Below, in pieces: positions 37,446 through 46,951 of a DNA stretch of 64,000 nucleotides; the first letter of the stretch is position 1, and the number at the start of each line of letters is the position of its first letter. Made by a program: the position numbers and the translations under genes. Origin of the DNA: Bacteroidota bacterium (lineage in GTDB: Bacteria > Bacteroidota > Bacteroidia > JABEUT01). The stretch lies in NCBI GenBank assembly GCA_013289475.1, contig JABCZW010000006.1, positions 1,050-65,049 on the forward strand. Reading direction: 5' to 3'. The notes below the pieces were generated by a model. The model saw nothing but the letters and a program-made list of their open reading frames with translations. It was not told where the DNA came from and did not search any database.

Positions 37446-39497
37446 ATGGCAAAAAATCAAAAAAATATAAAGAAAGCGCCCGCACCTGTTGCTATTAAGC
37501 CCATTAGTAAAGACGTGGATTTTATTTCAGTAAAGTTGGCACTAATATTATTGGTGGCTTTTACCTTTATTACGCTTGTTCCGTCATTACGCAATGGCTT
37601 TGTGTTTTGGGATGACCCGCAATATGTGACCGAAAACCCATATATGGGGGCAAGTTTACATACGTTTTTCACTACGTATTGGCTCAGTAATTATCACCCG
37701 CTAACGATGATGGGCTATTCAGCCATTCATCATTTTGCGGGAAATAATCCATTGGCTTACCATTTTACCGACCTGGTTATACATATACTGAATACCGTCT
37801 TGGTATTCTATATTATCTATAACCTACTTCAGCAAAAAAATATTGTGATTGCTTTTGTTACAGCCCTTTTATTTGGCATTCATCCCATGCATGTTGAATC
37901 GGTAACATGGATATCGGAACTCAAAGATGTATTGTACACTTTTTTCTTTCTCTCAGCACTACTTTCTTATGTAGTTTATGTTCAGAATAAATTGCAATTA
38001 AAATATTTAGCCGCAGCATTGGGCTTGTTTGTTATTTCATTGCTTGCCAAAGGGCAGGCGGTTACTTTGCCTGTATGCTTTTTGCTGGTTGATTATTTTA
38101 TAGGAAGAAAATGGAGTTTAAGGATTATTACAGAGAAAGTGCTCTTTTTTGCATTATCGGTAACCTTTGGTATTGTTGCTATAAAGGCACAGGGAACAGC
38201 AATAAATCAGGATTATACCCATTCTTTTCAAAACCTTTTCTGGGGATTTTATGGTTTATCTATGTACATAGTTAAGTCTGTTTTCCCTTTCCGCTTATCG
38301 GGGATTTACCCTTACCCATATACTGGTGTGCGCGACATACCGCTGATTGCATACATATCGCCTTTACTTATAATTGGTATTGCTGCATTGGCATATATAA
38401 AATGGAGAAAGAATAAGTTTGTAATATTCGGATTGCTTTTCTTTTTAGGGAATATTGTAACAGTATTAAAATTTATACCGGTAGGCGATGCTATTATTGC
38501 CGACAGATATAGCTACATACCTTATATCGGCTTATTTTTTATTGCAGGGTATTTGTGTTCATTACTAATGAAGAATGAAAAGATAAAAAAGACTACCCTA
38601 TATGCAACAGGCGCGATAATATTGGTGGGAATTTCCTCCTTAAGTTTTGCCCGTACCATGGTATGGAAGGATAGTTATAGCTTTTGGGGTGATGTAATTA
38701 AAAAGCAACCTAATTATTGGAGGGCATATTACTGTATTGGTGAGGAGTATTATAACATTGGTAAGTATGATTCAGCTATGGTTTATTTTACCAAAGCTAC
38801 AGTAAGCGATAAACTTTGCCCGCCTGACCCGTATATGTGGAGAGGTGTTACCGAGTTAGAAAAGCTCAATAATATTGATGGTGCTATTGTTGATTTCCAA
38901 AAGGTGATTGACTTTCCGAATAAATCTGATCCTTCGCAAATTGATGGCAGACTAAATTTAGGATTGGCATATTTCAGGAAAGGGCAGACAGAACCTGCAA
39001 TTAAACTTTATAATGAAGTAATTGCTATGGTGCCCAATGAGCCGAAGGCATATTTTCAGCGTGGATTAGCTTATGATAAGGGGAATAATACCGATGCAGC
39101 AGTAAAAGATTATACACAAGCCATAGCCATAGCGCCTAATTATTTAGATGCTTACCTCAACCGTGGAGGCACTTATGTAGATAAGCTGAATAAGTTTGAT
39201 CTTGGTATTGCCGATTTTAATAAAGTGCTGGAGTTATCGCCGGATAATATGGATGCAATAACAGATATTGGTATTGCTAATTATAAAAAAGGTGATTTTA
39301 AAGATGCTATCACTTGGTTTAATAATGCCATTAGTAAGTCCTCCGGTAATGGCCGCACATTATATCTGCGTGCACTTTGTTATGCCGGAACTCAAAATTA
39401 TGCTAAGGCTATTGATGATGCTAAACAGGCTCAAAAACTTGGACTTAGTGTTGATCAGGCTCTTATAAAACAATGGGAAGCAGGCGCAGGCAAGTAA
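37446..39497 (+). CDS. TMTC-like membrane protein: GT-C-like polytopic N-terminus (DUF1736-like) + C-terminal TPR array
   Basis: About 10 TM helices with GIHPMHVESVTWISELKDVLYTFFFL, followed by about 7 TPR units (AYFQRGLAYDKGNNTDAAVKDYTQAIAIAPNYLDAYLNRG...). Confidence 0.65.
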   Translation: MAKNQKNIKKAPAPVAIKPISKDVDFISVKLALILLVAFTFITLVPSLRNGFVFWDDPQYVTENPYMGASLHTFFTTYWLSNYHPLTMMGYSAIHHFAGNNPLAYHFTDLVIHILNTVLVFYIIYNLLQQKNIVIAFVTALLFGIHPMHVESVTWISELKDVLYTFFFLSALLSYVVYVQNKLQLKYLAAALGLFVISLLAKGQAVTLPVCFLLVDYFIGRKWSLRIITEKVLFFALSVTFGIVAIKAQGTAINQDYTHSFQNLFWGFYGLSMYIVKSVFPFRLSGIYPYPYTGVRDIPLIAYISPLLIIGIAALAYIKWRKNKFVIFGLLFFLGNIVTVLKFIPVGDAIIADRYSYIPYIGLFFIAGYLCSLLMKNEKIKKTTLYATGAIILVGISSLSFARTMVWKDSYSFWGDVIKKQPNYWRAYYCIGEEYYNIGKYDSAMVYFTKATVSDKLCPPDPYMWRGVTELEKLNNIDGAIVDFQKVIDFPNKSDPSQIDGRLNLGLAYFRKGQTEPAIKLYNEVIAMVPNEPKAYFQRGLAYDKGNNTDAAVKDYTQAIAIAPNYLDAYLNRGGTYVDKLNKFDLGIADFNKVLELSPDNMDAITDIGIANYKKGDFKDAITWFNNAISKSSGNGRTLYLRALCYAGTQNYAKAIDDAKQAQKLGLSVDQALIKQWEAGAGK

Positions 39498-39552
39498 GGC
39501 ATTTCGAATTTGTATACTTTTGCAAATATTTACCAACCCATTAATCTAAACT

Positions 39553-40563
39553 ATGAAATCAAAATTACTTTTAGCTTTTTCTCTTTTAACTGCAGGTATT
39601 ATAAATGCACAACCTGTTTATAATAAATGCAATACACATCCTGCTTTTGGCAGCTATACAGCAATACAGGTTGAGCAAACCGATACCAACGGAGTTACAG
39701 GCGGACCATCAGGGGCTAATGTAACCTGGGATTTTTCAGGTCTTATTACCAAAGCTGGTACCTGCGATACTACTTATTATGTTGATCCTGCAACCTGTCC
39801 GGGTAATTCTAACTTCCCGACAGCAACTTATGCCAGCCATGCTACCGGCAGTACCTATACGTATTATGCAAACTATTCTGATAGCGTACTTGTGGTGGGT
39901 GATTATTTAAGTGCAACCAATTATGCTTTTTACTCAAAGCCTTATAAGCTTTCTGTTTGCCCGTTTAGTTACGGCACCTCATTTAAAACAGGCTGGAAAG
40001 CAACTGTGGTAAATGGTGCTTCTAACGACAACCAGACATCAAAAGGAATGACCAAGTATGATGCTTACGGAACCTTGAAGACACCGGTTGGTACTTTTAA
40101 AAATGTGTCCCGTACACTTCAAACTTCTTACACGGTTGATTCTGTTTTTGGTTTTGCACTTGTTACCGATGACAGTACATTCTCATGGGCCGATTCAGCT
40201 GGTAATCCTCTATTATCAGTTACCTATACTTATTTGGTTAATTCGAGTAAGCATACTAAGTCCGGACTTGTATATTTGGCTTGCGGTGCAGCAGGTATAG
40301 CAGGTGTAACTTCTCCAGCCGATAAGATTATGGTTTACCCGAATCCCTCAAATGGAAGTTCATCAATGCAGGTTAGCGGTTTAAGTAACGAAAACTGGCT
40401 TAGCCTCTATAACGTAACGGGGCAAAAAGTATGGAACGTATATAGCCAAAGCAGCCAAACAATTGATATGCCGACAAGCAATCTAGCAGCAGGTGTTTAT
40501 TTCTTAAAGGTTCAGTCTGCCGATGGTAATACTATTACCAAAAAGGTAGAAGTAGTTAAGTAA
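39553..40563 (+). CDS. Secreted protein with T9SS type A C-terminal sorting domain
   Basis: Signal peptide ...GIINAQ and C-terminus VYPNPSNGSS...GVYFLKVQS...KKVEVVK. Confidence 0.75.
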   Translation: MKSKLLLAFSLLTAGIINAQPVYNKCNTHPAFGSYTAIQVEQTDTNGVTGGPSGANVTWDFSGLITKAGTCDTTYYVDPATCPGNSNFPTATYASHATGSTYTYYANYSDSVLVVGDYLSATNYAFYSKPYKLSVCPFSYGTSFKTGWKATVVNGASNDNQTSKGMTKYDAYGTLKTPVGTFKNVSRTLQTSYTVDSVFGFALVTDDSTFSWADSAGNPLLSVTYTYLVNSSKHTKSGLVYLACGAAGIAGVTSPADKIMVYPNPSNGSSSMQVSGLSNENWLSLYNVTGQKVWNVYSQSSQTIDMPTSNLAAGVYFLKVQSADGNTITKKVEVVK

Positions 40564-40584
40564 TAAGAAAAGGTTTATTTGAAT

Positions 40585-40620
40585 AGCCGCAATTCTGAAA
40601 AAGGGTTGCGGTTATTTTTT
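40585..40620 (+). terminator. Rho-independent terminator
   Basis: 8-bp stem AGCCGCAA/TTGCGGTT followed by ATTTTTTT. Overlaps the rbfA stop codon on the other strand. Confidence 0.6.
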
Positions 40621-40947
40621 TAGTAATTGGTCAATGTGCATGATGGCTTCGTAGGAATCATCAATAAAAAAGCGCAGGTCAGGCACAATGCGTAATTGGT
40701 GCTTTACCCTTACCGATAAGTAATTGCGTATCTCAGGCCTCTTATCCATTAACATCTCCAAGGTTTCTTTTGGTTTCAGGTTAAGGAAGCTAATAAAGAC
40801 CTTTGCAATAGAAAGATCGGGGCTTATTTCAACACCTGTAACAGTGGCAAGGCCGCCAATAAACAAGTGCTTTGCTTCTTTCTGAAACATATCGCCCATT
40901 TCCTTTTGAACAAGACGAGAAACTTTATTTTGCCTGAGTGTACCCAT
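40612..40947 (-). CDS. rbfA: Ribosome-binding factor A
   Basis: 111 aa with RQNKVSRLVQKEMGDMF and VPDLRFFIDDS. Confidence 0.9.
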   Translation of the reverse strand: MGTLRQNKVSRLVQKEMGDMFQKEAKHLFIGGLATVTGVEISPDLSIAKVFISFLNLKPKETLEMLMDKRPEIRNYLSVRVKHQLRIVPDLRFFIDDSYEAIMHIDQLLKK

Positions 40948-40975
40948 AGTAGTGCAAACGTACGTTAAAAAAGAA

Positions 40976-41010
40976 TTCTAAATTCTAAATTTTGAATTTT
41001 AAATTGAATG
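40976..41010. repeat. Heptanucleotide-word tract (5 x 7 nt): TTCTAAA TTCTAAA TTTTGAA TTTTAAA TTGAATG
   Basis: Read directly. Lies in the rbfA/gltX divergent intergenic region and ends in GAATGGG. Confidence 0.8.
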
Positions 41011-41023
41011 GGTTGATAGCTTT

Positions 41024-41058
41024 TGACTAAAAACTGACCACTGGACACTGACCACTAA
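41024..41058. repeat. Heptanucleotide-word tract (5 x 7 nt): TGACTAA AAACTGA CCACTGG ACACTGA CCACTAA
   Basis: Read directly. Ends 4 nt upstream of the gltX -7 box. Confidence 0.75.
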
Positions 41059-41062
41059 TTAA

Positions 41063-41070
41063 TATATTTG
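41063..41070 (+). promoter_or_regulatory. Candidate -7 box (TATATTTG) for gltX
   Basis: TAnnTTTG 21 nt upstream of ATG 41091. Confidence 0.5.
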
Positions 41071-41090
41071 CTACTCCAAAAAAATAGAAA

Positions 41091-42629
41091 ATGTCAGATA
41101 GACCGGTCCGAGTAAGATTTGCGCCCAGCCCTACAGGCCCTTTGCATATTGGCGGAGTTCGCACAGCTTTATATAATTATCTTTTTGCCAAGAAGAATAA
41201 TGGCACTTTTTTATTGCGTGTCGAGGATACCGACCAAAATCGTTTTGTACCCGGTGCCGAAGAATATATTATTGAAGCCCTCCGTTGGTGTGGCATTGAA
41301 ATAGAAGAAGGCGTTAGTGTGGGCGGCCCGCATGCTCCTTACCGTCAATCGGAGCGTAAGGCTATGTACCGCCAATATGCTGAGAAGCTGGTGGAATTAG
41401 GTCATGCCTATTATGCTTTCGATACTACCGAAGAACTGGAAGCAATGCGCAAGCGCTTAGAAGCTGCAAAGGTAGCTGCTCCGCAATACAATGCAGTTAC
41501 GCGCGGCACTATGAAAAACTCCCTCACCCTCTCGGAAGATGAGGTGAAGAAGCTTATGGATTCGGGTGCGAATTACGTAATACGCATGAAGATACCGCGT
41601 AATGAAGAGATTCGTTTTCATGATGTTATAAGAGGCTGGGTTGTGGTACATACACAATCACTCGACGATAAGGTTTTATTCAAGTCTGACGGTATGCCGA
41701 CTTACCATTTAGCCAATGTGGTAGATGATTATTTAATGCAGATAACCCATGTAATACGTGGTGAAGAATGGCTGCCATCGGCGCCATTGCATGTATTATT
41801 ATATCGTTCAATGGGTTGGGAGAGTGTTATGCCTGAGTTTGCCCACTTGCCTTTGTTATTACGCCCCGATGGTAATGGAAAACTCAGCAAACGTGATGGC
41901 GACCGTTTAGGGTTCCCTGTATTCCCTCTCGACTGGAAAGACCCAGCAACAGGAGAGCAATCATCAGGTTATAGGGAACGTGGATATTTCCCAGATGCGG
42001 TGGTAAATCTGCTTGCATTTTTAGGCTGGAACCCCGGAACAACACAGGAATTATTTTCAATGGAAGAGCTTATTGGTGCATTTTCTTTGGACAGGGTAAG
42101 CAAGCATGGCGCCAAGTTCGACCCTGATAAAGCCAAATGGTATAACCAGCAATATTTGCGCAAAAGAACAGATACAGAACTGGCTATGCAGTTTTTGCCA
42201 ATTGTGAAGGAGAAAGGTGTTCATGTATCCTTAGCTACTGAAAATTATGTGGAACGCGTTTGCGCTTTGATAAAGGAGAAGGCGCATTTTGTTAATGAAT
42301 TCTGGGATCTGAGTAGTTTCTTTTTCTTTGCTCCGGAGAAATACGATGAAGGAGTAATTGCAAAGAAATGGAACGCAGATGCAGCGGCATTCTTTGCAAA
42401 GGTTAAAGATGTATTTGCCAATACAACCGATTTTTCTGCCCATAATGTAGAGGCAGTATTTAAAAAAACTGCCGAAGAGAACAATATTGCTCCCGGTTCG
42501 GTAATGCAATTGTTTAGGGTTGTTATAACGGGTATAACCGTTGGCCCTATATTGTTTAATGCTATTGAACTACTTGGCAAAGATGAAGTGGTAAAAAGGT
42601 TGGAGAAAGCATTAGCTATACTAAAATAA
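41091..42629 (+). CDS. gltX: Glutamate--tRNA ligase
   Basis: RVRFAPSPTGPLHIGGVRTALYNY (HIGH) and KLSKRDG (KMSKS). Confidence 0.96.
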   Translation: MSDRPVRVRFAPSPTGPLHIGGVRTALYNYLFAKKNNGTFLLRVEDTDQNRFVPGAEEYIIEALRWCGIEIEEGVSVGGPHAPYRQSERKAMYRQYAEKLVELGHAYYAFDTTEELEAMRKRLEAAKVAAPQYNAVTRGTMKNSLTLSEDEVKKLMDSGANYVIRMKIPRNEEIRFHDVIRGWVVVHTQSLDDKVLFKSDGMPTYHLANVVDDYLMQITHVIRGEEWLPSAPLHVLLYRSMGWESVMPEFAHLPLLLRPDGNGKLSKRDGDRLGFPVFPLDWKDPATGEQSSGYRERGYFPDAVVNLLAFLGWNPGTTQELFSMEELIGAFSLDRVSKHGAKFDPDKAKWYNQQYLRKRTDTELAMQFLPIVKEKGVHVSLATENYVERVCALIKEKAHFVNEFWDLSSFFFFAPEKYDEGVIAKKWNADAAAFFAKVKDVFANTTDFSAHNVEAVFKKTAEENNIAPGSVMQLFRVVITGITVGPILFNAIELLGKDEVVKRLEKALAILK

Positions 42630-42652
42630 GGCCTTTACTCGTTATTACATTT

Positions 42653-43495
42653 ATGAAGCCACTATTTATAATAGGTATCCTTTCGTTTGTTTTCTCGTGT
42701 GGTAAGGTAATACCCAGAAATGATAAAATGATGCATTTAAGTGAAAAGGAAAGGATTTTGAAATATCGTATCAAATCTATTTATGTATACTCAATTTATC
42801 CGGGGGAAAAAGCCGAAAGGCAACAAGCTTCGTTTTATGATAAGAAAGGCAATTTGACAGAATCTTATTATGATCAATTTAAACAAAGAAACTTATTTTT
42901 TTATAATGACAGAGAGAAGCTGATAAAGATGATATTGTTTGTTGGTAAGAGTTGTCCAGATACAACTATCTATTATTATAACAATAGTGGAAGTTTTATA
43001 GCTAAAGGTTATCATAGCATTGAAAAGTATGATAGTACCGGAAAGGAATTGGAAGAAGACAATGATTGGGGGAAGGTAAGTTTCAAATATGATAAGAAAG
43101 GTAATTTATTATTAAGAGAAGATTCCATTTCGTCTGATTCATATAGATATGATACTGATGGGCACTTAGTAGAAGAAGTGAATACGATAGGCGGCGTTGA
43201 TTTAAGTAGTGGGAAACAGGTTTATAAGTACGATAGGTTGGGGAATAATATAGAAATTGATTCTTATGATCCCGAGTTCTCTGAGCAATGGCATTTAACA
43301 AATATGTCTGTTAGAACTTATAATGAAGTTGGCCAGTTAGGTAGTATTAGGAACTTGGATAGTAATAAAAAAGTGAAGCAGTATTCATGTTATTCATATG
43401 ATAATAATGGAAATGATTATGTTTGGTTTTATTATAATAACCAGGGGGGGCTACTCTCAGAGAAAGTATATCTCTATGAATATTATAAAAATTAA
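42653..43495 (+). CDS. Lipoprotein with YD/RHS-like repeats
   Basis: Lipobox FVFSC. Repeated YxYDxxGNL-type units: FYDKKGNLTE, FKYDKKGNLLL, YRYDTDGHLVEE, YKYDRLGNNIE, and YSYDNNGN. Confidence 0.55.
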   Translation: MKPLFIIGILSFVFSCGKVIPRNDKMMHLSEKERILKYRIKSIYVYSIYPGEKAERQQASFYDKKGNLTESYYDQFKQRNLFFYNDREKLIKMILFVGKSCPDTTIYYYNNSGSFIAKGYHSIEKYDSTGKELEEDNDWGKVSFKYDKKGNLLLREDSISSDSYRYDTDGHLVEEVNTIGGVDLSSGKQVYKYDRLGNNIEIDSYDPEFSEQWHLTNMSVRTYNEVGQLGSIRNLDSNKKVKQYSCYSYDNNGNDYVWFYYNNQGGLLSEKVYLYEYYKN

Positions 43496-43533
43496 TTTTA
43501 TAGATATATCTGTATAAATAAAAATACGAAGTA

Positions 43534-43884
43534 ATGCACATCATAAACGTCAGAGGGATACATTTAAGGGCACACCATGGTTGCATGGAGGAAGAAGCCA
43601 AAATTGGGGGCGACTATGTTGTAAACGTACAATTGAAAGGCGATTTTTCTGTGGCCGCAAAAAGTGATAAACTGAGCGATGCGGCAGACTATGTGATGGT
43701 TTATCAAATAGTAAAAGAAGAAATGAAAGTCCGCTCGCACCTTATTGAGCATGTGGCGGAACGTATTGCTACCCAACTTAGACAAACATTCTCAGGCATT
43801 CAAAGCCTTTCGGTTGAAGTGATTAAAAAGAAGCCACCCATGAACGGAAACGTAGATGAGGTGAGTGTGATAATCGAAAAATAG
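43534..43884 (+). CDS. folB: Dihydroneopterin aldolase
   Basis: 116 aa with IRGIHLRAHHGCMEEEAKIGGDYVVNVQL and DYVMVYQIV. Confidence 0.75.
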   Translation: MHIINVRGIHLRAHHGCMEEEAKIGGDYVVNVQLKGDFSVAAKSDKLSDAADYVMVYQIVKEEMKVRSHLIEHVAERIATQLRQTFSGIQSLSVEVIKKKPPMNGNVDEVSVIIEK

Positions 43885-43959
43885 CTTAACCTTTCCTTGT
43901 TAATAAAATAGATGTTCGCATAAGGTATGCGGCAATATTCATAGGTACATTCGTATTCT

Positions 43960-46887
43960 ATGAAAATACGCGTTTTACTTCCTATATTTCTTCTTGCCTG
44001 CTTTAACCTTTTTGCGCAGAACAATGTTGCTTTTTACCAGAAACCATATGAACAATGGGCCGATTCGGTAATGAAAAAGCTTACAGTTGAGGAGCGCATA
44101 GGGCAGTTATTTATGGTGGCAGCATATTCCGATACCAATCACCCTAAAAATGTTGATGAAGTAACCAAGCTCATAAAAGAACAGGAAATAGGCGGGTTGA
44201 TATTCTTTAAAGGCGGTCCCGTTAAGCAAGCCATACTTACAAACAACTACCAGGCTCTTTCAAAAATTCCATTACTAATTGGTATGGATGCCGAGTGGGG
44301 ACTCGCTATGCGTTTAGATAGTGTTCCGCGTTTTCCATTCCAGATGACAATGGGTGCCATGCATAACGATTCTTTAATTTATCAAATGGGTGCCGAAATA
44401 GCGCGTGAGTGTAAAAGGTTGGGCGTTCATGAGGACTTTGCACCCGTTATAGATATAAACGATAACCCGGAAAATCCTGTAATTGGCATGCGTTCTTTCG
44501 GGGAAGATAAAATGCATGTTACCAGTATGGGCATGGCGTATATGATGGGCTTGCAGAGTGAAAATGTATTGGCCTGCGGCAAGCATTTTCCCGGCCATGG
44601 TGATACTAAAACAGATTCTCATCTTTCATTACCGATTGTAGATTATCCTGTTACACGACTTGATACACTGGAGCTATATCCGTTTATAAAACTATTTAAC
44701 AAGGGACTTAGCAGCGTTATGGTTGCTCATTTATATATTCCTTCACTCGATTCTACTAAGAACAGGGCATCTACGCTTTCACCTAAAATAGTTGACAGCT
44801 TATTAAAACACCAATTGGGCTTCAACGGGCTTATTTATACCGATGCCTTGAATATGCAGGGCGTAGCTAAATACTACGCTCCGGGGATTGTAGATGTAAA
44901 AGCTTTGCTGGCGGGTAATGATGTGTTGCTCTTTTCGCAGGATGTGCCTAAAGCGATAGAGGAGATTAAGAAAGCTATTAAGAAGAAAGAGATTACCCAG
45001 GAAGAGATAGATGCACGTTGCAAAAAAATATTAATGGCAAAAGCCTGGGCCGGGCTTAATCATTATAAGCCAATAGTGATTAACAATCTGGTAAAAGACT
45101 TGAATACCAAACAGGCAGATTTAATAAACAGGACGATGGCTAAGAACACCATTACACTGCTTACCAATAATGGCAATCTGTTACCGCTTAAAAGATTAGA
45201 TACATTGCGAATAGCTTCACTTATGATTGGCGATTCTTCGGTTGATGCTTTCCAAACACGCATGAATGACTATGCAGCAGTTACGCATTTCGATGTGCCA
45301 TTTAATAGCTCTGACAGTGCAATGGGAATCATTTACAAAAAACTAAAAGCATTTAATCTTGTAATAGTTGGTGTTAACCATACCAAATTACATCCACAGG
45401 ATACATTTGGAATTAGCCGTGCGGCAATTAAAATGCTCGATACTGTAGTGAGGAATTATTCTACTGTTCTCAATTTCTTCTCCGATCCATATATTCTCAA
45501 CTATTTGCCATCAGTAAAGAAAGCAAGGGCATTAGTTATGTCATACCAGGATACGCCATATACTGAAGATTATGCTGCGCAGATGATATTTGGCGGAATA
45601 GGAGCGAGTGGCAAACTGCCTGTAACTGCCTCACTTTTTTACCAGCGCGGTTATGGCATAGTCACCAAGCCAACACGATTTGAATACACTACTCCTGAGG
45701 AAGACGGTATAAGTTCTGCCAAGCTTGCAGGTGTAGATTCGCTTGCCCAATTCGGGTTACAACAGCACGCATATCCCGGCTGTGTTGTATTAGTTGCGAA
45801 AGATGGCAAGGTTATTTACCAAAAGGCTTTTGGTCACCAGAATTACAATGACACCAATCACGTAAAAACTACTGATGTGTACGACCTTGCATCAATAACC
45901 AAGATAGCTGCTACTACACCAGCATTCATGAAAATATATTACCAGAACAAAATGTTGCTGAACTCAATGCTTCCTACCTTAATGCCTTTGGCTGCCAAGA
46001 GCAACAAAAAGAAAATGCTGATGGAAGATATACTTACTCACCAGGCAGGTTTGCAGCCATCTATCTTTTTCTGGAAAGAAACTATGTCGGGCAAAAATTG
46101 GAGGAAAGGAATATATAGTATTGATTCATCTGCACAATATCCTTATCCTGTTGCAGCGCACATGTTCATTCGTAAAGATTATAAGGACAGCATGATAAAT
46201 GAAATCCTTAAATCACCTGTCGATAAAAAGCCAATTTACAAATACAGCGACATTGGGTTTATTATGCTTGGTAAAATTATTGGCGATATTAACGGAATGC
46301 CATTCGATACATATGTGCAGAATAATTTTTATAAGCCCTTGGGTTTGCAAACTATGGGTTACCATCCATTGTATCGCATTCCAAAGTCCCGTATTATTCC
46401 TACGGAATATGACAGTGTTTTCCGTAAGCAATTATTACGTGGATATGTGCATGACGAATCAGCTGCTATGCTGGGTGGTGTTTCGGGTAATGCTGGTGTA
46501 TTCTCTGATGCAAATGACCTTGCGGTACTTATGCAGATGTATTTGAACTATGGTAAATACGGTGGCACAAGGTATTTAGACAGTGCTACAGTGAAATTAT
46601 TTACATCATGCATATATTGTGATAAAGGTAATCGCCGTGGCTTAGGTTTTGATAAACCGGAGACAGATACTACTAAAGAAAGCCCCGCATGTAAGTCGGC
46701 TTCGGCCGAAAGTTATGGCCATTATGGGTTTACAGGTACCTATACCTGGGTCGACCCTAAATATCATTTAGTTTATGTATTTTTATCAAACAGAGTAGCA
46801 TCGGGTTCAGGAGATAATAAGCTTGCAAGGCTTGGTATCCGAACAAAAATAGCCCAGGTAATCTATGACGCTATTCCAAATAAGTAA
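43960..46887 (+). CDS. Glycoside hydrolase family 3 (NagZ-like) fused to beta-lactamase-family serine hydrolase
   Basis: GH3 part: KHFPGHGDTKTDSHLSLP and MVAHL. C-terminal half has the SxxK motif (ASITKIAAT) and YSDIGF. Confidence 0.85.
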   Translation: MKIRVLLPIFLLACFNLFAQNNVAFYQKPYEQWADSVMKKLTVEERIGQLFMVAAYSDTNHPKNVDEVTKLIKEQEIGGLIFFKGGPVKQAILTNNYQALSKIPLLIGMDAEWGLAMRLDSVPRFPFQMTMGAMHNDSLIYQMGAEIARECKRLGVHEDFAPVIDINDNPENPVIGMRSFGEDKMHVTSMGMAYMMGLQSENVLACGKHFPGHGDTKTDSHLSLPIVDYPVTRLDTLELYPFIKLFNKGLSSVMVAHLYIPSLDSTKNRASTLSPKIVDSLLKHQLGFNGLIYTDALNMQGVAKYYAPGIVDVKALLAGNDVLLFSQDVPKAIEEIKKAIKKKEITQEEIDARCKKILMAKAWAGLNHYKPIVINNLVKDLNTKQADLINRTMAKNTITLLTNNGNLLPLKRLDTLRIASLMIGDSSVDAFQTRMNDYAAVTHFDVPFNSSDSAMGIIYKKLKAFNLVIVGVNHTKLHPQDTFGISRAAIKMLDTVVRNYSTVLNFFSDPYILNYLPSVKKARALVMSYQDTPYTEDYAAQMIFGGIGASGKLPVTASLFYQRGYGIVTKPTRFEYTTPEEDGISSAKLAGVDSLAQFGLQQHAYPGCVVLVAKDGKVIYQKAFGHQNYNDTNHVKTTDVYDLASITKIAATTPAFMKIYYQNKMLLNSMLPTLMPLAAKSNKKKMLMEDILTHQAGLQPSIFFWKETMSGKNWRKGIYSIDSSAQYPYPVAAHMFIRKDYKDSMINEILKSPVDKKPIYKYSDIGFIMLGKIIGDINGMPFDTYVQNNFYKPLGLQTMGYHPLYRIPKSRIIPTEYDSVFRKQLLRGYVHDESAAMLGGVSGNAGVFSDANDLAVLMQMYLNYGKYGGTRYLDSATVKLFTSCIYCDKGNRRGLGFDKPETDTTKESPACKSASAESYGHYGFTGTYTWVDPKYHLVYVFLSNRVASGSGDNKLARLGIRTKIAQVIYDAIPNK

Positions 46888-46951
46888 TAGGCTTCTGCCT
46901 TTTGAAGTAAATTGTTGTTTTGAACGTCTTACTACTAACGACTATTAGTTT

